A stretch of DNA of 64,000 bases from an uncultured Ruminococcus sp. GTDB taxonomy: Bacteria; Bacillota; Clostridia; Oscillospirales; Acutalibacteraceae. A program made the translations under genes and the position numbers. Below are positions 7,788 to 17,476 of the stretch, piece after piece; the stretch's first letter is position 1; each line of letters opens with the position of its first letter. Below the pieces are notes generated by a model, which did not search any database, was not told the origin of the DNA, and saw only the letters and a list, made by a program, of their open reading frames with translations. Where the stretch lies: positions 26,661 through 90,660 of the forward strand of contig CACYSI010000001.1 of assembly GCA_902776975.1 (NCBI GenBank), read 5' to 3'.

Positions 7788-9657
7788 TAAAAAGACCTCC
7801 AAGCCCGAGTATATCAAGAAAAAACGCGAGACTCTGATCGGTGTGGACAGCAAGCGTCCCGAAGCCCGCAAGGGCATGGGCGGCCCCCGCGGAGTAGTGA
7901 CCGAAAAGCCGCATAACTTCGGCGAGTCATGGAAGAAGATGATAGCCTATATCCGTCCGCAGATGGCGGCGTTCATCATAGCCATGACCTGCGCCGTGAT
8001 AGGCACGATCATCTCGCTGATAGGCCCTAAGCAGATACAGCGCATCACTGACCTCATCACTCAGGGCATAACCACGAGCATAGACCTCGACGCGGTGACT
8101 TCTTCGTGCGTGTTTTTGATGATACTGTACGGTATCAGCTGGCTGATGAACTTTACTCAGCACTTTATCATGGCTACGGTAGCGCCGAGCATCAGCCGCC
8201 GTATGCGTACCGATATCACCAACAAGACTAACAGACTGCCGCTGAGATACTTTGACTCGACGCCCTTCGGCGATATACTCAGCCGCATCACAAACGATAT
8301 AGACACCATCGAGCGTACGCTGAACCTGTCTATAGCTCAGTTCATCACCTCTATAGCGCTGTTCATCGGCTCGGCTCTGATGATGTTCATCACCAACTAT
8401 ATAATGGCGTTCACCGCGGTCATCGCCTCGATAATCGGCTTCATCCTCATGTCGGTGATCATGAAGAAATCTCAGATACACTTCAACCGTCAGCAGCGTC
8501 ACCTCGGCGCTATCAACGGCCATGTGGAGGAGATATACGCCGGTCACAACATAGTCAAGGCGTATAACTATGAGAAGGAGAGCCGCGAGGAGTTTGACCG
8601 CATAAACCGTCATCTGCGCGACTCGGTGTTCAAGTCCACCTCGCTGTCGGGCGTTATGCAGCCGCTGATGACCTTTATAGGCAACCTCGGCTTTGTCGCC
8701 GTGTTCATCGTGGGCGCTCTGCTCGTCAAGAACGACATGATAACCTACGGCGTGATCATAGAGTTCACCATATATGTAAGACTCTTCACCCAGCCGCTGC
8801 AGCAGCTCGCCCAGAGCTTCAGCAATATGCAGAGCACCGCTGCCGCCGCGGAGAGAGTATTTGAGTACCTCGGCGAGGAGGAGCTTTCGGACGAGAGCGA
8901 TAAAACCGGCCGCCTCGATACCGTCAAGGGCGACGTGCGCTTTGAGCACGTCCACTTCGGCTATAACCCCGACAAAGTCATCATCAATGACTTTTCGGTA
9001 GATATAAAGGCAGGTCAGAAGGTGGCTATAGTAGGCCCCACAGGCGCGGGCAAGACCACCATAGTCAATCTGCTGATGCGCTTTTATGAGATCAACTCGG
9101 GACGCATATACATAGACGGCGTACCGATAGACAGCCTCACACGCGAGAACGTGCATGAGCTCTTCTGCATGGTACTGCAGGACACATGGCTCTTTGAGGG
9201 CACCGTGCGTGAGAACCTTGTGTACAGCAAGGAGAACGTCAGCGACGAGCAGCTTGAGCGCGCCTGCAGAGCCGTGGGCATACATCACTTCATCCATACC
9301 CTGCCTCACGGCTACGATACCGTGCTCGATGACAAGTCGAGCCTGTCGGCGGGTCAGAAGCAGCAGCTCACCATAGCCAGAGCCATGATAGAGAACGCGC
9401 CTCTGCTGATACTCGACGAGGCTACATCCTCTGTAGATACCCGTACGGAGCGTATCATCCAGAGGGCTATGGACGGTTTGACCGAGGGCAGGACCTCGTT
9501 TGTCATAGCTCACAGACTGTCTACTATCAAAAATTCAGACCTGATACTCGTGCTCAAGGACGGCGATATAATAGCCTCCGGCACACATGACGAGCTGCTC
9601 AGAGAGGGCGGCTTCTACGCCGAGCTGTATAACAGCCAGTTTGAGCAGAGCGCGTGA
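7780..9657 (+). CDS. ABC transporter permease/ATP-binding protein (heterodimer partner 2)
   Basis: Start overlaps the upstream stop by 8 nt. Walker A GPTGAGKTT, signature LSAGQKQQ, Walker B LLILDEATS. Confidence 0.9.
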   Translation: MSDKKTSKPEYIKKKRETLIGVDSKRPEARKGMGGPRGVVTEKPHNFGESWKKMIAYIRPQMAAFIIAMTCAVIGTIISLIGPKQIQRITDLITQGITTSIDLDAVTSSCVFLMILYGISWLMNFTQHFIMATVAPSISRRMRTDITNKTNRLPLRYFDSTPFGDILSRITNDIDTIERTLNLSIAQFITSIALFIGSALMMFITNYIMAFTAVIASIIGFILMSVIMKKSQIHFNRQQRHLGAINGHVEEIYAGHNIVKAYNYEKESREEFDRINRHLRDSVFKSTSLSGVMQPLMTFIGNLGFVAVFIVGALLVKNDMITYGVIIEFTIYVRLFTQPLQQLAQSFSNMQSTAAAAERVFEYLGEEELSDESDKTGRLDTVKGDVRFEHVHFGYNPDKVIINDFSVDIKAGQKVAIVGPTGAGKTTIVNLLMRFYEINSGRIYIDGVPIDSLTRENVHELFCMVLQDTWLFEGTVRENLVYSKENVSDEQLERACRAVGIHHFIHTLPHGYDTVLDDKSSLSAGQKQQLTIARAMIENAPLLILDEATSSVDTRTERIIQRAMDGLTEGRTSFVIAHRLSTIKNSDLILVLKDGDIIASGTHDELLREGGFYAELYNSQFEQSA

Positions 9658-9671
9658 GCAGCTGACTTTTT

Positions 9672-10089
9672 GAATTAGGAATTAGGAAATAGGAATCAGG
9701 AATTGAGGGAAACGCTGACACGCGTGTCCGCGTTTTGATTTACAGTAACAACAGATAAACGCAGTGACTCATTGTAGGGGCGGGTCTTGACCCGCCCGGG
9801 CGTACAGCAAATGCTGTGCGCTGCATCCGAAACCTTGTTTTTATATCCGTAGCATCGGCGAACAGAAGTGTCCGAACTGTGTCGCCTCCGGCGAACGGGA
9901 GCACCAAGGCACTCCCCTACAATAAGTGCCGATACACTTCATAGCTTATTCTTCTATATAAATCGGGTGCGGGCTGAGGAATTGTCCAAATCTTTTATTT
10001 GGCTTACAATTCCCATGCAGCAGCGCTCCGATAACAAAGTGATCGGCTAAGCGCTGCTGATGTTACGCTATTAATTCCTGACTCCTGAG
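9672..10089. repeat. Composite mosaic repeat block filling the ABC-LOG intergenic gap
   Basis: Contains a GAATTAG-type heptad array (9672-9706), gacacgcgtgtc (9717-9728), attgtaggggcgggtcttgacccgccc (9771-9797), gggagcaccaaggcactcccctacaat (9898-9923), a nested hairpin (9976-10029) and inverted TCCTGA heptads (10069-10087). Confidence 0.85.
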
Positions 10090-10118
10090 TAAACAGCATT
10101 TATCCACGGAGTGATACG

Positions 10119-10706
10119 ATGAACATTTGTGTATACGGAGCCGCGTCCAAGGACATCGGCGAAAAATATCTGAAAGCCGGACACGAGCTCGGCTATAAGC
10201 TCGCGAAAAGAGGTCACGGGCTCGTCTTCGGAGGCGGCGACACCGGTATGATGGGCGCGTCAGCGCGCGGAACGCACGACGGAGGCGGTCATATAACGGG
10301 CATAGCGCCGTCGTTCTTTAACGTTGACGGCATACTTTATCAGCACTGTGACGACTTCATCTACACCGAGACCATGCGTCAGCGCAAGCAGAAGCTCGAG
10401 GACTGCAGCGACGGCTTTGTGGTATCTCCCGGAGGTATCGGCACCTTTGAGGAGTTCTTTGAGATACTGACCTTAAAGCAGCTGGGCAAGCTCGATAAGC
10501 CCATAGCCATGCTCAACACCGACGGTTACTTTGATCCGATGATCGAGATGCTCAGGTATACCGCGTCAGAGAATTTTATGAGCGAAAAGAACCTCGAGCT
10601 GTTCTATATCAGCGACGACATCGACAGCGTGCTTGACTACCTCGAAAATCCTCCTAAGCCGGATTTTGAGATCAGCGAGCTGAGACGTATCAAGGTCGGA
10701 GTATAA
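10119..10706 (+). CDS. LOG family / TIGR00730-type Rossmann-fold nucleotide-binding protein
   Basis: GGGDTGMMG and PGGIGTFEEFFE (PGGxGTxxE) motifs. Confidence 0.8.
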   Translation: MNICVYGAASKDIGEKYLKAGHELGYKLAKRGHGLVFGGGDTGMMGASARGTHDGGGHITGIAPSFFNVDGILYQHCDDFIYTETMRQRKQKLEDCSDGFVVSPGGIGTFEEFFEILTLKQLGKLDKPIAMLNTDGYFDPMIEMLRYTASENFMSEKNLELFYISDDIDSVLDYLENPPKPDFEISELRRIKVGV

Positions 10707-10720
10707 ATTGTATAAGCCAA

Positions 10721-10747
10721 AGCGCCTGTATGAAACGGGCGCTTTTT
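10721..10747 (+). terminator. Rho-independent terminator
   Basis: agcgcc...ggcgct stem followed by ttttt. Confidence 0.65.
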
Positions 10748-10860
10748 CGCGTTCACTTTTGATCGGTGATGCGCGCACCGATGTGAACGGGTCACAAAAA
10801 ATTGAGCTGAAAACGCGGTAAAATCTGTCATTTCAGAGAGAGTTTTAGAGGGGTTTCTGC

Positions 10861-10889
10861 TTGACTATTACGCTTTAATGTAGTAAAAT
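10861..10889 (+). promoter_or_regulatory. Putative sigmaA promoter of hppA
   Basis: ttgact (10861-10866), 17-nt spacer, taaaat (10884-10889). AAAGGAGA RBS before the ATG at 10925. Confidence 0.55.
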
Positions 10890-10924
10890 AGTCCTTATGT
10901 TAAGAAAGGAGAATGTAGAATTAT

Positions 10925-13024
10925 ATGGATATTTATCTTGTAATTGCTATCTTCGTGGGCGCTATCTTAGCTCTCGTGTTTGCCGTGATAATGGCTAAGC
11001 GTGTTATGAGCTTTGATGAAGGCACCGAGAGAATGAAGAAGATCTCTGCTTCGATCCGCTCGGGCGCTAACGCCTATCTCAAAAGACAGTACACGATAGT
11101 ATTGATCTTCTTTGCGGTAATGTTCGTCATCCTCGGCGCTATGGCTATCTTCGGACTGCTTACGCCGTATGTACCCTTCGCCTTTGTTACGGGCGGCTTC
11201 TTCTCGGGTCTGTCGGGCTTTGTCGGCATGAAGATCGCTACCGCGGCTAACGCGCGTACAGCTAACGCCTGCCGCACCGGACTGAACAAGGGTCTGAGGG
11301 TCGCTTTCTCGGCGGGCTCTGTAATGGGCTTCACCGTAGTAGGCTTAGGTCTGCTGGACATCTCGATCTGGTTCACACTCTTAAAGTATGTATTCAACCT
11401 CGACGCTTCGGGCATCACCTCGGCTATGCTGACCTTCGGTATGGGCGCTTCGTCAATGGCTCTGTTTGCAAGAGTCGGTGGCGGTATCTTCACCAAGGCT
11501 GCCGATGTAGGCGCCGACCTCGTAGGTAAGGTAGAGGCTGGCATCCCCGAGGATGACCCCCGTAACCCCGCTGTTATCGCCGATAACGTAGGCGACAACG
11601 TAGGCGACGTAGCCGGCATGGGCGCCGACCTGTACGAGAGCTATGTAGGCTCCGTCATCTCCTGCGCCGCTCTCGGCGTTGCGGCCTTCTCGGGCAACGG
11701 CGATATGCAGTTCAAGGCTATGGCTATCCCGATGATCATGGCTGCCTTAGGTATCGTCTGCTCTATCATCGGTACCTTCTTTGTACGCACAGGCGAAAAG
11801 GCAGAGCAAAAGCTGCTCTTAAAGGCGCTCTCCCGCGGTACTAACCTCTCTGCTATCCTGATCGCCGCAGCGGCTTTCCCGCTGATCTACTTCATCCTCG
11901 GTCAGGAAAACTGGACTCTCTACTGGTCTGTACTTGCAGGTCTGATCGCGGGCGTCCTCATAGGTAAATCCACCGAGTACTTTACATCCGATACATATAA
12001 GCCCACCAAAAAGCTGGCTTCCAAATCTGAGACAGGCTCCGCTACCATCATCATCGGCGGTCTGGGTCTGGGTATGCTCTCTACCGCTCTGCCGATCATC
12101 ATCATCGGTATCGCGGTACTGGTCAGCTTCTTCGTATCGGGCGGCTCCGCTTCGGTAGGCAAGGGGCTGTACGGTATCGCTCTGGCGGCTGTAGGTATGC
12201 TGTCTACCCTCGGTATCACCCTCGCGACCGACGCTTACGGCCCCGTAGCCGATAACGCCGGCGGTATCGCCGAGATGAGCGGTTTGGAGCCTGAGGTGCG
12301 CGAGCGTACAGACGCTCTTGACTCTCTGGGCAACACCACTGCCGCTACAGGTAAGGGCTTTGCTATCGGCTCAGCGGCGCTCACAGCGCTCGCTCTGATC
12401 GCTTCATATATCGACAAGATCCACAGCATGGAGCCTTCGGTAACATATGACAGCTTCAGCGTTATGAATCCGCTGGTACTGATCGGCTTGTTCATCGGCG
12501 CTTGTCTGCCGTTCGTATTCGCGGCGCTCACCATGGACGCTGTCGGCAGAGCCGCGCAGAGCGTTGTTATCGAGGTAAGACGTCAGTTTAAGAACATCAA
12601 GGGTCTCATGCAGGGCAAGGCTGACCCCGACTACGCCAAGTGCGTGGATATGTGCTCACGCTCCTCGCTTAAGGAGATGATCCTGCCCACCGTCATCGCT
12701 ATAGTAGTACCGATCGTCGTCGGTCTGGTGCTGGGCTTCTACGGCGTCGTAGGTATGCTCGCGGGCGCTACCGCATCGGGCTTCTTGATGGCTATCTTCA
12801 TGTCTAACTCCGGCGGCGCGTGGGATAACGCCAAGAAGTTTATCGAGGCGGGCAACCACGGCGGCAAGGGCTCAGATCAGCACAAGGCTGCCGTAGTAGG
12901 CGACACCGTAGGCGATCCCTTCAAGGATACCTCGGGTCCCTCTATCAACATCCTGATCAAGCTGCTGAGCATGGTATCTATCGTCTTTGCGGCGCTGGTA
13001 GTACAGGTACATATCTTCGGATAA
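10925..13024 (+). CDS. hppA: Membrane-bound ion-translocating pyrophosphatase
   Basis: 699-aa polytopic protein with ...[14 protein letters not shown]...DNVGDNVGD...[15 protein letters not shown]... signature regions. Confidence 0.93.
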   Translation: MDIYLVIAIFVGAILALVFAVIMAKRVMSFDEGTERMKKISASIRSGANAYLKRQYTIVLIFFAVMFVILGAMAIFGLLTPYVPFAFVTGGFFSGLSGFVGMKIATAANARTANACRTGLNKGLRVAFSAGSVMGFTVVGLGLLDISIWFTLLKYVFNLDASGITSAMLTFGMGASSMALFARVGGGIFTKAADVGADLVGKVEAGIPEDDPRNPAVIADNVGDNVGDVAGMGADLYESYVGSVISCAALGVAAFSGNGDMQFKAMAIPMIMAALGIVCSIIGTFFVRTGEKAEQKLLLKALSRGTNLSAILIAAAAFPLIYFILGQENWTLYWSVLAGLIAGVLIGKSTEYFTSDTYKPTKKLASKSETGSATIIIGGLGLGMLSTALPIIIIGIAVLVSFFVSGGSASVGKGLYGIALAAVGMLSTLGITLATDAYGPVADNAGGIAEMSGLEPEVRERTDALDSLGNTTAATGKGFAIGSAALTALALIASYIDKIHSMEPSVTYDSFSVMNPLVLIGLFIGACLPFVFAALTMDAVGRAAQSVVIEVRRQFKNIKGLMQGKADPDYAKCVDMCSRSSLKEMILPTVIAIVVPIVVGLVLGFYGVVGMLAGATASGFLMAIFMSNSGGAWDNAKKFIEAGNHGGKGSDQHKAAVVGDTVGDPFKDTSGPSINILIKLLSMVSIVFAALVVQVHIFG

Positions 13025-13050
13025 GATATAGTTAAATACTTACATTAATC

Positions 13051-13080
13051 AAGCAGGCGCTTTACGGCGCCTGCTTTTTT
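13051..13080 (+). terminator. Rho-independent terminator
   Basis: aagcaggcgc-tttac-ggcgcctgctt followed by tttttt. Confidence 0.8.
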
Positions 13081-13223
13081 GATGCCGTTGAGGTTCGCTT
13101 TCTCAACACAATTACAGCCGAGACTCTCATCCCGGCTGTATCTATTACTCATATTTTCTTCTGAAAGCTTTAATGATAACGCCCTTTAGGACAGCTTTTG
13201 TTTATAGCTGTGTTTATTTCCTA

Positions 13224-15599
13224 TCAATCAAAGTAGTTGAAATACCTCGCGTCCTGCAGACGGTCTGAGGTCTCATACTTATAGTTTTCGGTTACTGTAG
13301 AGTCACTTGCTGTCAGACCGAAGCGGTCATACAGCATATAGCCGAGCTTGTTATAGATGTTGTCATCCACCTGAGCGTCAAACAGCAGCCATCTTCCGTT
13401 TATCAGGATGTTGTTCCATGTATGCACATCCCAGTGACCGTCGGCATAGGTCGAGGTGCCCTCAAAGCTGAAACACTCCAGACCCACAGCCCTCATCATT
13501 ACCGTGAACACCGCCGCGTAGTTGTAGCACACGCCCTTGTTGTTCATCAAAGTCGCGTATGCGCGCGCCGCCAACATACTGTCATAATACGACTCGGGCT
13601 CGCTGTTCTTCGAGTTGTTGTAAAAGTCCTGATACTGCTGCTGAGTCAAACCGATATACTCGTATGAATAATGCTCGATCTCATAGTCGTATATCGCCTT
13701 GAGCTTATCATAGGTAGTATAGCCGGACTTAAAAATGCTCTTGAATATGCTCTCTACCTTGTTATCCAGAGCGACATAGCCCGTCTTGACGGGATACAAA
13801 GGCAGCGAGTTTATCTGATTCTTCAGCGAGTCGGATGTTTTGGTAGACGTGACGTCTACTGTGCAGACAGCCTTAGCGCCGCTCTTGGTAGTTACGGTTA
13901 TGTCGGTCTTGCCCTTTTTCTTGGCGGTGATCGTCGCCTTCAGTCCGCTGCCGCTCACGGTAGCCACGCTCGTATCCGAGCTTGACCAGTTCACGGTCTT
14001 GAAGGTGCCGCCGTCTGAGAACGCCTCTGTCTTGAAGGTGCCGCCCACAGGCAGGTTGATGTGTCTGACAGAGAACGAGAGCGTAGCCGAGCCTGAGCTG
14101 CCGCCGCCCTGATAGGTATATGTCGCGGTCCAGCCCGATGACTTATAGCCGCTTATCGTACTGCCCTTGCTATTGACCGCTCTGATAGTATAGGTCTCAG
14201 CCTTGCCGTACTGTACATCGCTGTCGATGACGGATGTGCCCTTGATATCGGAGCCGAGGCGCTGCCAGGAGCCGTTCACATCCTTATAGTATACGCGGTA
14301 GGTCGTGGCTCCCGTGACCTTGTTCCACTTGATGTTTATACCGTTTGCGTCCGAGGTCAGAGAGGTTATCTGCGGTGTCTCCACGCCGTAGGTGATCTTC
14401 CAGCCGTCGGACTTAAATCCGCTCATGACTTCGCCCTTTTTGTTGATCGCGCGTACGGTATAGGCTTCTTCTCTGCCGTAGCTCACACCCGTATCGAGCT
14501 TTGTCGTGCCGGTGATATCGCCGTTAAAACGCTTCCAGCCGCCTGTAGACGGTCTGTAATAAACGCGGTAGGTCGAGGCACCCGCGACCTTGCTCCATTT
14601 GATGTTGATACCGTTTTCATCGCATACCAGAGAGGTGATCTGCGGTGTCTCCACACCGTAGGTGGTCTTCCAGCCGTCGGACTTGTATCCGCTCATGACT
14701 TCGCCCTTTTTGTTGATCGCGCGTACGGTATAGGCTTCTTCTCTGCCGTAGCTAACACCCGTGTCGAGCTTTGTCGTGCCGGTGATATCGCCGTTAAAAC
14801 GCTTCCATCCGCCTGTTGACGGTCTGTAATAAACGCGGTAGGTCGAGACCCCCGCGACCTTGTTCCATTTGATATGGATGCCGCTCTCGTCAGATGTCAG
14901 AGAGGTTATCTGCGGTGTCTCTGTGCCGTATGTCGTCTTCCAGCCCGCGGACTTGTAGCCGCTCATAACTTCGCCCTTTTTATTGATCGCGCGCACGGTG
15001 TAGCCTTCTTCTCTGCCGTAGCTAACGCCCGTGTCGAGCTTTGTCGTGCCCTTGATATCGTTCGCAAAGCGCTTCCAGTTACCGTCGGAGGTCTTGTAAT
15101 ACACACGGTAGGTCGATACTCCCTCTACGGGATCCCAGCTTATATTGATGCCGTTTTCATCCGAGACAAGAGAGGTGATCTGAGGAGTATCCACTCCGTA
15201 GGAGACCGTCCAGCCGTCATGCTTGTAGTCGCTGATCAGATTTCCGCTGCTGTCAAGCGCTCTGACGGTATACGCTTCTTCTCTGCCGTAGCTCACTCCC
15301 GAGTCGAGCTTGGTCAAGCCCTTGACGTCGTTCGCAAAGCGCTTCCAGTTACCGTCGGAGGTCTTGTAGTACACTCTGTAGGCAGCGGCTCCGTCAACGG
15401 GATCCCATGTGATGTTGATACCGTTTTCATCGCATACCAGAGAGGTGATCTCGGGGGTAGCCACGGTATAAGCGGTCGCGCCGGTATCGGCTGTGTCCTC
15501 AGAGTCCAGAGCCGCCGCGCCTACCGATACAGCCGCCGTGACGCCCAGGATCAGACAGATCACTAATAAAACATTCAACATTCTTTGACTTGCTTTCAT
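13224..15599 (-). CDS. Secreted multi-repeat protein with Big_2-like domain and C-terminal transglutaminase-like cysteine-protease domain
   Basis: Signal peptide. Five ~90-aa repeats (P.ITSL..DENGINI.W..V.G..TYRVYYK...). VATVSGSGLKATITAKKKGKTDITV is Ig-like. C-terminal GVCYNYAAVF...HTWN...FD fits a Cys-His-Asp pattern. Confidence 0.7.
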   Translation of the reverse strand: MKASQRMLNVLLVICLILGVTAAVSVGAAALDSEDTADTGATAYTVATPEITSLVCDENGINITWDPVDGAAAYRVYYKTSDGNWKRFANDVKGLTKLDSGVSYGREEAYTVRALDSSGNLISDYKHDGWTVSYGVDTPQITSLVSDENGINISWDPVEGVSTYRVYYKTSDGNWKRFANDIKGTTKLDTGVSYGREEGYTVRAINKKGEVMSGYKSAGWKTTYGTETPQITSLTSDESGIHIKWNKVAGVSTYRVYYRPSTGGWKRFNGDITGTTKLDTGVSYGREEAYTVRAINKKGEVMSGYKSDGWKTTYGVETPQITSLVCDENGINIKWSKVAGASTYRVYYRPSTGGWKRFNGDITGTTKLDTGVSYGREEAYTVRAINKKGEVMSGFKSDGWKITYGVETPQITSLTSDANGINIKWNKVTGATTYRVYYKDVNGSWQRLGSDIKGTSVIDSDVQYGKAETYTIRAVNSKGSTISGYKSSGWTATYTYQGGGSSGSATLSFSVRHINLPVGGTFKTEAFSDGGTFKTVNWSSSDTSVATVSGSGLKATITAKKKGKTDITVTTKSGAKAVCTVDVTSTKTSDSLKNQINSLPLYPVKTGYVALDNKVESIFKSIFKSGYTTYDKLKAIYDYEIEHYSYEYIGLTQQQYQDFYNNSKNSEPESYYDSMLAARAYATLMNNKGVCYNYAAVFTVMMRAVGLECFSFEGTSTYADGHWDVHTWNNILINGRWLLFDAQVDDNIYNKLGYMLYDRFGLTASDSTVTENYKYETSDRLQDARYFNYFD
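14110..15470. repeat. Intragenic 270-bp tandem repeats (five units, middle units near-identical at DNA level)
   Basis: For example, ctgcggtgtctccacgccgtaggtgatcttccagccgtcgg at about 14371 recurs at about 14641 (270-bp period). Boundaries are approximate. Confidence 0.75.
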
Positions 15600-15661
15600 T
15601 CAAATAACCTCCTTCAATATCGTATGATCGGTCATATCAAAGAGCTTGCACCGATATACGG

Positions 15662-16336
15662 TCAAGCTTCATTTTTAACTCTTTTATATCTGAACAGAGT
15701 ATTCTCAGCCCATTCACGGTCTATTTTGATAAAGCCACTGAGCTTTTTATCGTTACTGCATATAGCGTTGACTATCTTCATGCTCTTGCGATATATCTCC
15801 AGCCTCGCCGACTGCACGAACGGCTCGTTGTTCTCACCGATAAAGTATGTAAATCCGATGGTGTTTGTCTCACGGCTGTACATCGTCAGATAACCCTCCG
15901 ACACCCTGCCGAGGTTCTGCTTTTTCGCCACCATCTCGCTGATAGCGTACTTTGTCAGCTCCACAGCCATATCGTCAAGTCCCGATTCAAAGATGAATAT
16001 CTTTTCCTTCATCGAGTTGAAGTCGGGAGTGATACGCTTTTTGATGCCCTTGAGATTTCGGTAGTCATCCTCCAGCGACCTGTCCTCCAGCTGAAAGCGG
16101 TCTATCTGGGGTATCAGGTATACCATAAAACGCCGCTTCATATCATTATACAGCAGCGGATACATATACTGGGCCTCATAGCCGCAAGAGGGACACTGAA
16201 ACTTCAGCAGTCCGCCCGAGAGCAGATCCTCTCTGAACTGAGGATCGTTTGTCGCGTTTATGCTGATATACAGATGCGCGCCTGATTTGTGATTGCACTT
16301 GGGACAGCTTACATCCTTAGATATGACATTAGACAT
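15662..16336 (-). CDS. CpXC domain-containing protein
   Basis: N-terminal CPKC...N31...CPSCGY pair of CpXC motifs. Sits 62 bp upstream of 13224..15599 on the same strand. Confidence 0.6.
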   Translation of the reverse strand: MSNVISKDVSCPKCNHKSGAHLYISINATNDPQFREDLLSGGLLKFQCPSCGYEAQYMYPLLYNDMKRRFMVYLIPQIDRFQLEDRSLEDDYRNLKGIKKRITPDFNSMKEKIFIFESGLDDMAVELTKYAISEMVAKKQNLGRVSEGYLTMYSRETNTIGFTYFIGENNEPFVQSARLEIYRKSMKIVNAICSNDKKLSGFIKIDREWAENTLFRYKRVKNEA

Positions 16337-16456
16337 ACTCTTACCTCTTTTTACGGATTATATGCAAGAATCTGATTAACAAATAAGAAATACACAACCA
16401 TTGTACCATATTTCATATAAAATGCAAATTATTTATATATCATTTACAAATAAATA

Positions 16457-16485
16457 TTGATTTTCTCAGCGTTTAGTGCGATAAT
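16457..16485 (+). promoter_or_regulatory. Putative sigmaA promoter
   Basis: ttgatt (16457-16462), 17-nt spacer, gataat (16480-16485). GGAGG RBS before 16524. Confidence 0.5.
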
Positions 16486-16523
16486 AATACCGAACAATAT
16501 TTGATCATTTCGGAGGTACTACC

Positions 16524-17294
16524 ATGAATTTTGCGGAAAATATCAAATCAGGGCTTGAATTTTTAAGCGAGACCGTTACCGAGATCGCCTCATCCATAGC
16601 TGAGAAGAACCGCCTCAGAGTACAGCTCAGCAGCATCAAGTCGCTCATCAAGACCGATACCGCTACGCGCGATCAGGCTTTCATCGAGCTCGGCCGCTAT
16701 TATTATGAGAACCTGCGCGACGCAGCCACAGCCGAGAACGAGGCTATCTGCGCCGTAGTAGACGCCGCCAACGACCGCATCAGCAAGGCGTCCATGAAGT
16801 ATGTCGAGCTGCTCAATATCCAGAACGACACCAAGATCCGCTCCGAGAACGCCGAGAAGCTCGCCAAGGCAGTGTCCGACAAAGCCGCCGACGCGGCAAA
16901 AGCGGCAAAAGATAAGAGCGCCGCGACATTTGACAAGGCTATGGATTTTGCCGCTACAACAGCCGATAAGGCTAAGGCGACTGCCGAAGATTTAGGCGAA
17001 AAGGCTAAGCTCGCCGCGGCAGACCTCAAAGATAAAGTCACCGACGCCGCCGAGGGCATCAAGGAGCGCTTCGATCCCGAGGCTAACGAAGATCTCGAAG
17101 AGCTGATCGCCGCCGGACAGGATAAGGCCGAGGACGTAAAGGACGCTGTCAAAACCGCCGCCGAGGACGTCAAAGATGCCGTCGAAGATAAAGCGGAAAA
17201 TATCAAAGACGCCGCGAAAGACGTCAAAGAAACCGTCAAAGAAGCAGTAGCCGAGATCGCCGACGAAGAGTCCCCCGAGGATATCGGCTTCTGA
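16524..17294 (+). CDS. Low-complexity Ala/Lys/Asp/Glu-rich protein (LEA/YtxH-like repeats), function unknown
   Basis: GGAGG RBS. Repeated DKA.D.AK / DVKDAV motifs predicted to form amphipathic helices. A terminator follows. Confidence 0.5.
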   Translation: MNFAENIKSGLEFLSETVTEIASSIAEKNRLRVQLSSIKSLIKTDTATRDQAFIELGRYYYENLRDAATAENEAICAVVDAANDRISKASMKYVELLNIQNDTKIRSENAEKLAKAVSDKAADAAKAAKDKSAATFDKAMDFAATTADKAKATAEDLGEKAKLAAADLKDKVTDAAEGIKERFDPEANEDLEELIAAGQDKAEDVKDAVKTAAEDVKDAVEDKAENIKDAAKDVKETVKEAVAEIADEESPEDIGF

Positions 17295-17311
17295 TCAAAG
17301 GCAGATATATC

Positions 17312-17350
17312 AAGGCAATACCGCATAATTCAGGTGTGCGGTATTGCCTT
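17312..17350 (+). terminator. Rho-independent terminator
   Basis: aaggcaataccgca...tgcggtattgcctt stem followed by a T/A-rich tract. Confidence 0.65.
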
Positions 17351-17476
17351 TAATATTATTTAGTCAAAGACAGATATAAATAAATATCTGTCATACGGAT
17401 CGATAAAGAATCTGTGTTTATACTATTACAAGCCTCTCCTTGCGGAGAGGCTTTAGACTGTAGAAAAGCCCATTCT

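Noticed and set aside
7927-9513. 528-aa ORF antisense to the second ABC exporter gene
   Set aside because: It is a shadow ORF on the opposite strand of a gene with clear Walker and signature motifs. The product is Arg/His/Tyr/Val-rich with no recognisable motifs, no RBS and no independent signals.
9661-10095. Possible CRISPR array, suggested by the many short repeats and ...tttgaaat-type ends
   Set aside because: There is no regular repeat-spacer periodicity, the repeats are heterogeneous modules in both orientations, and no cas genes are in the window.
16703-17326. 207-aa Ser/Ala-rich minus-strand ORF
   Set aside because: It is a compositional mirror of the Ala/Lys/Asp-rich plus-strand gene, which has the promoter, RBS and terminator. 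The minus frame has no signals.
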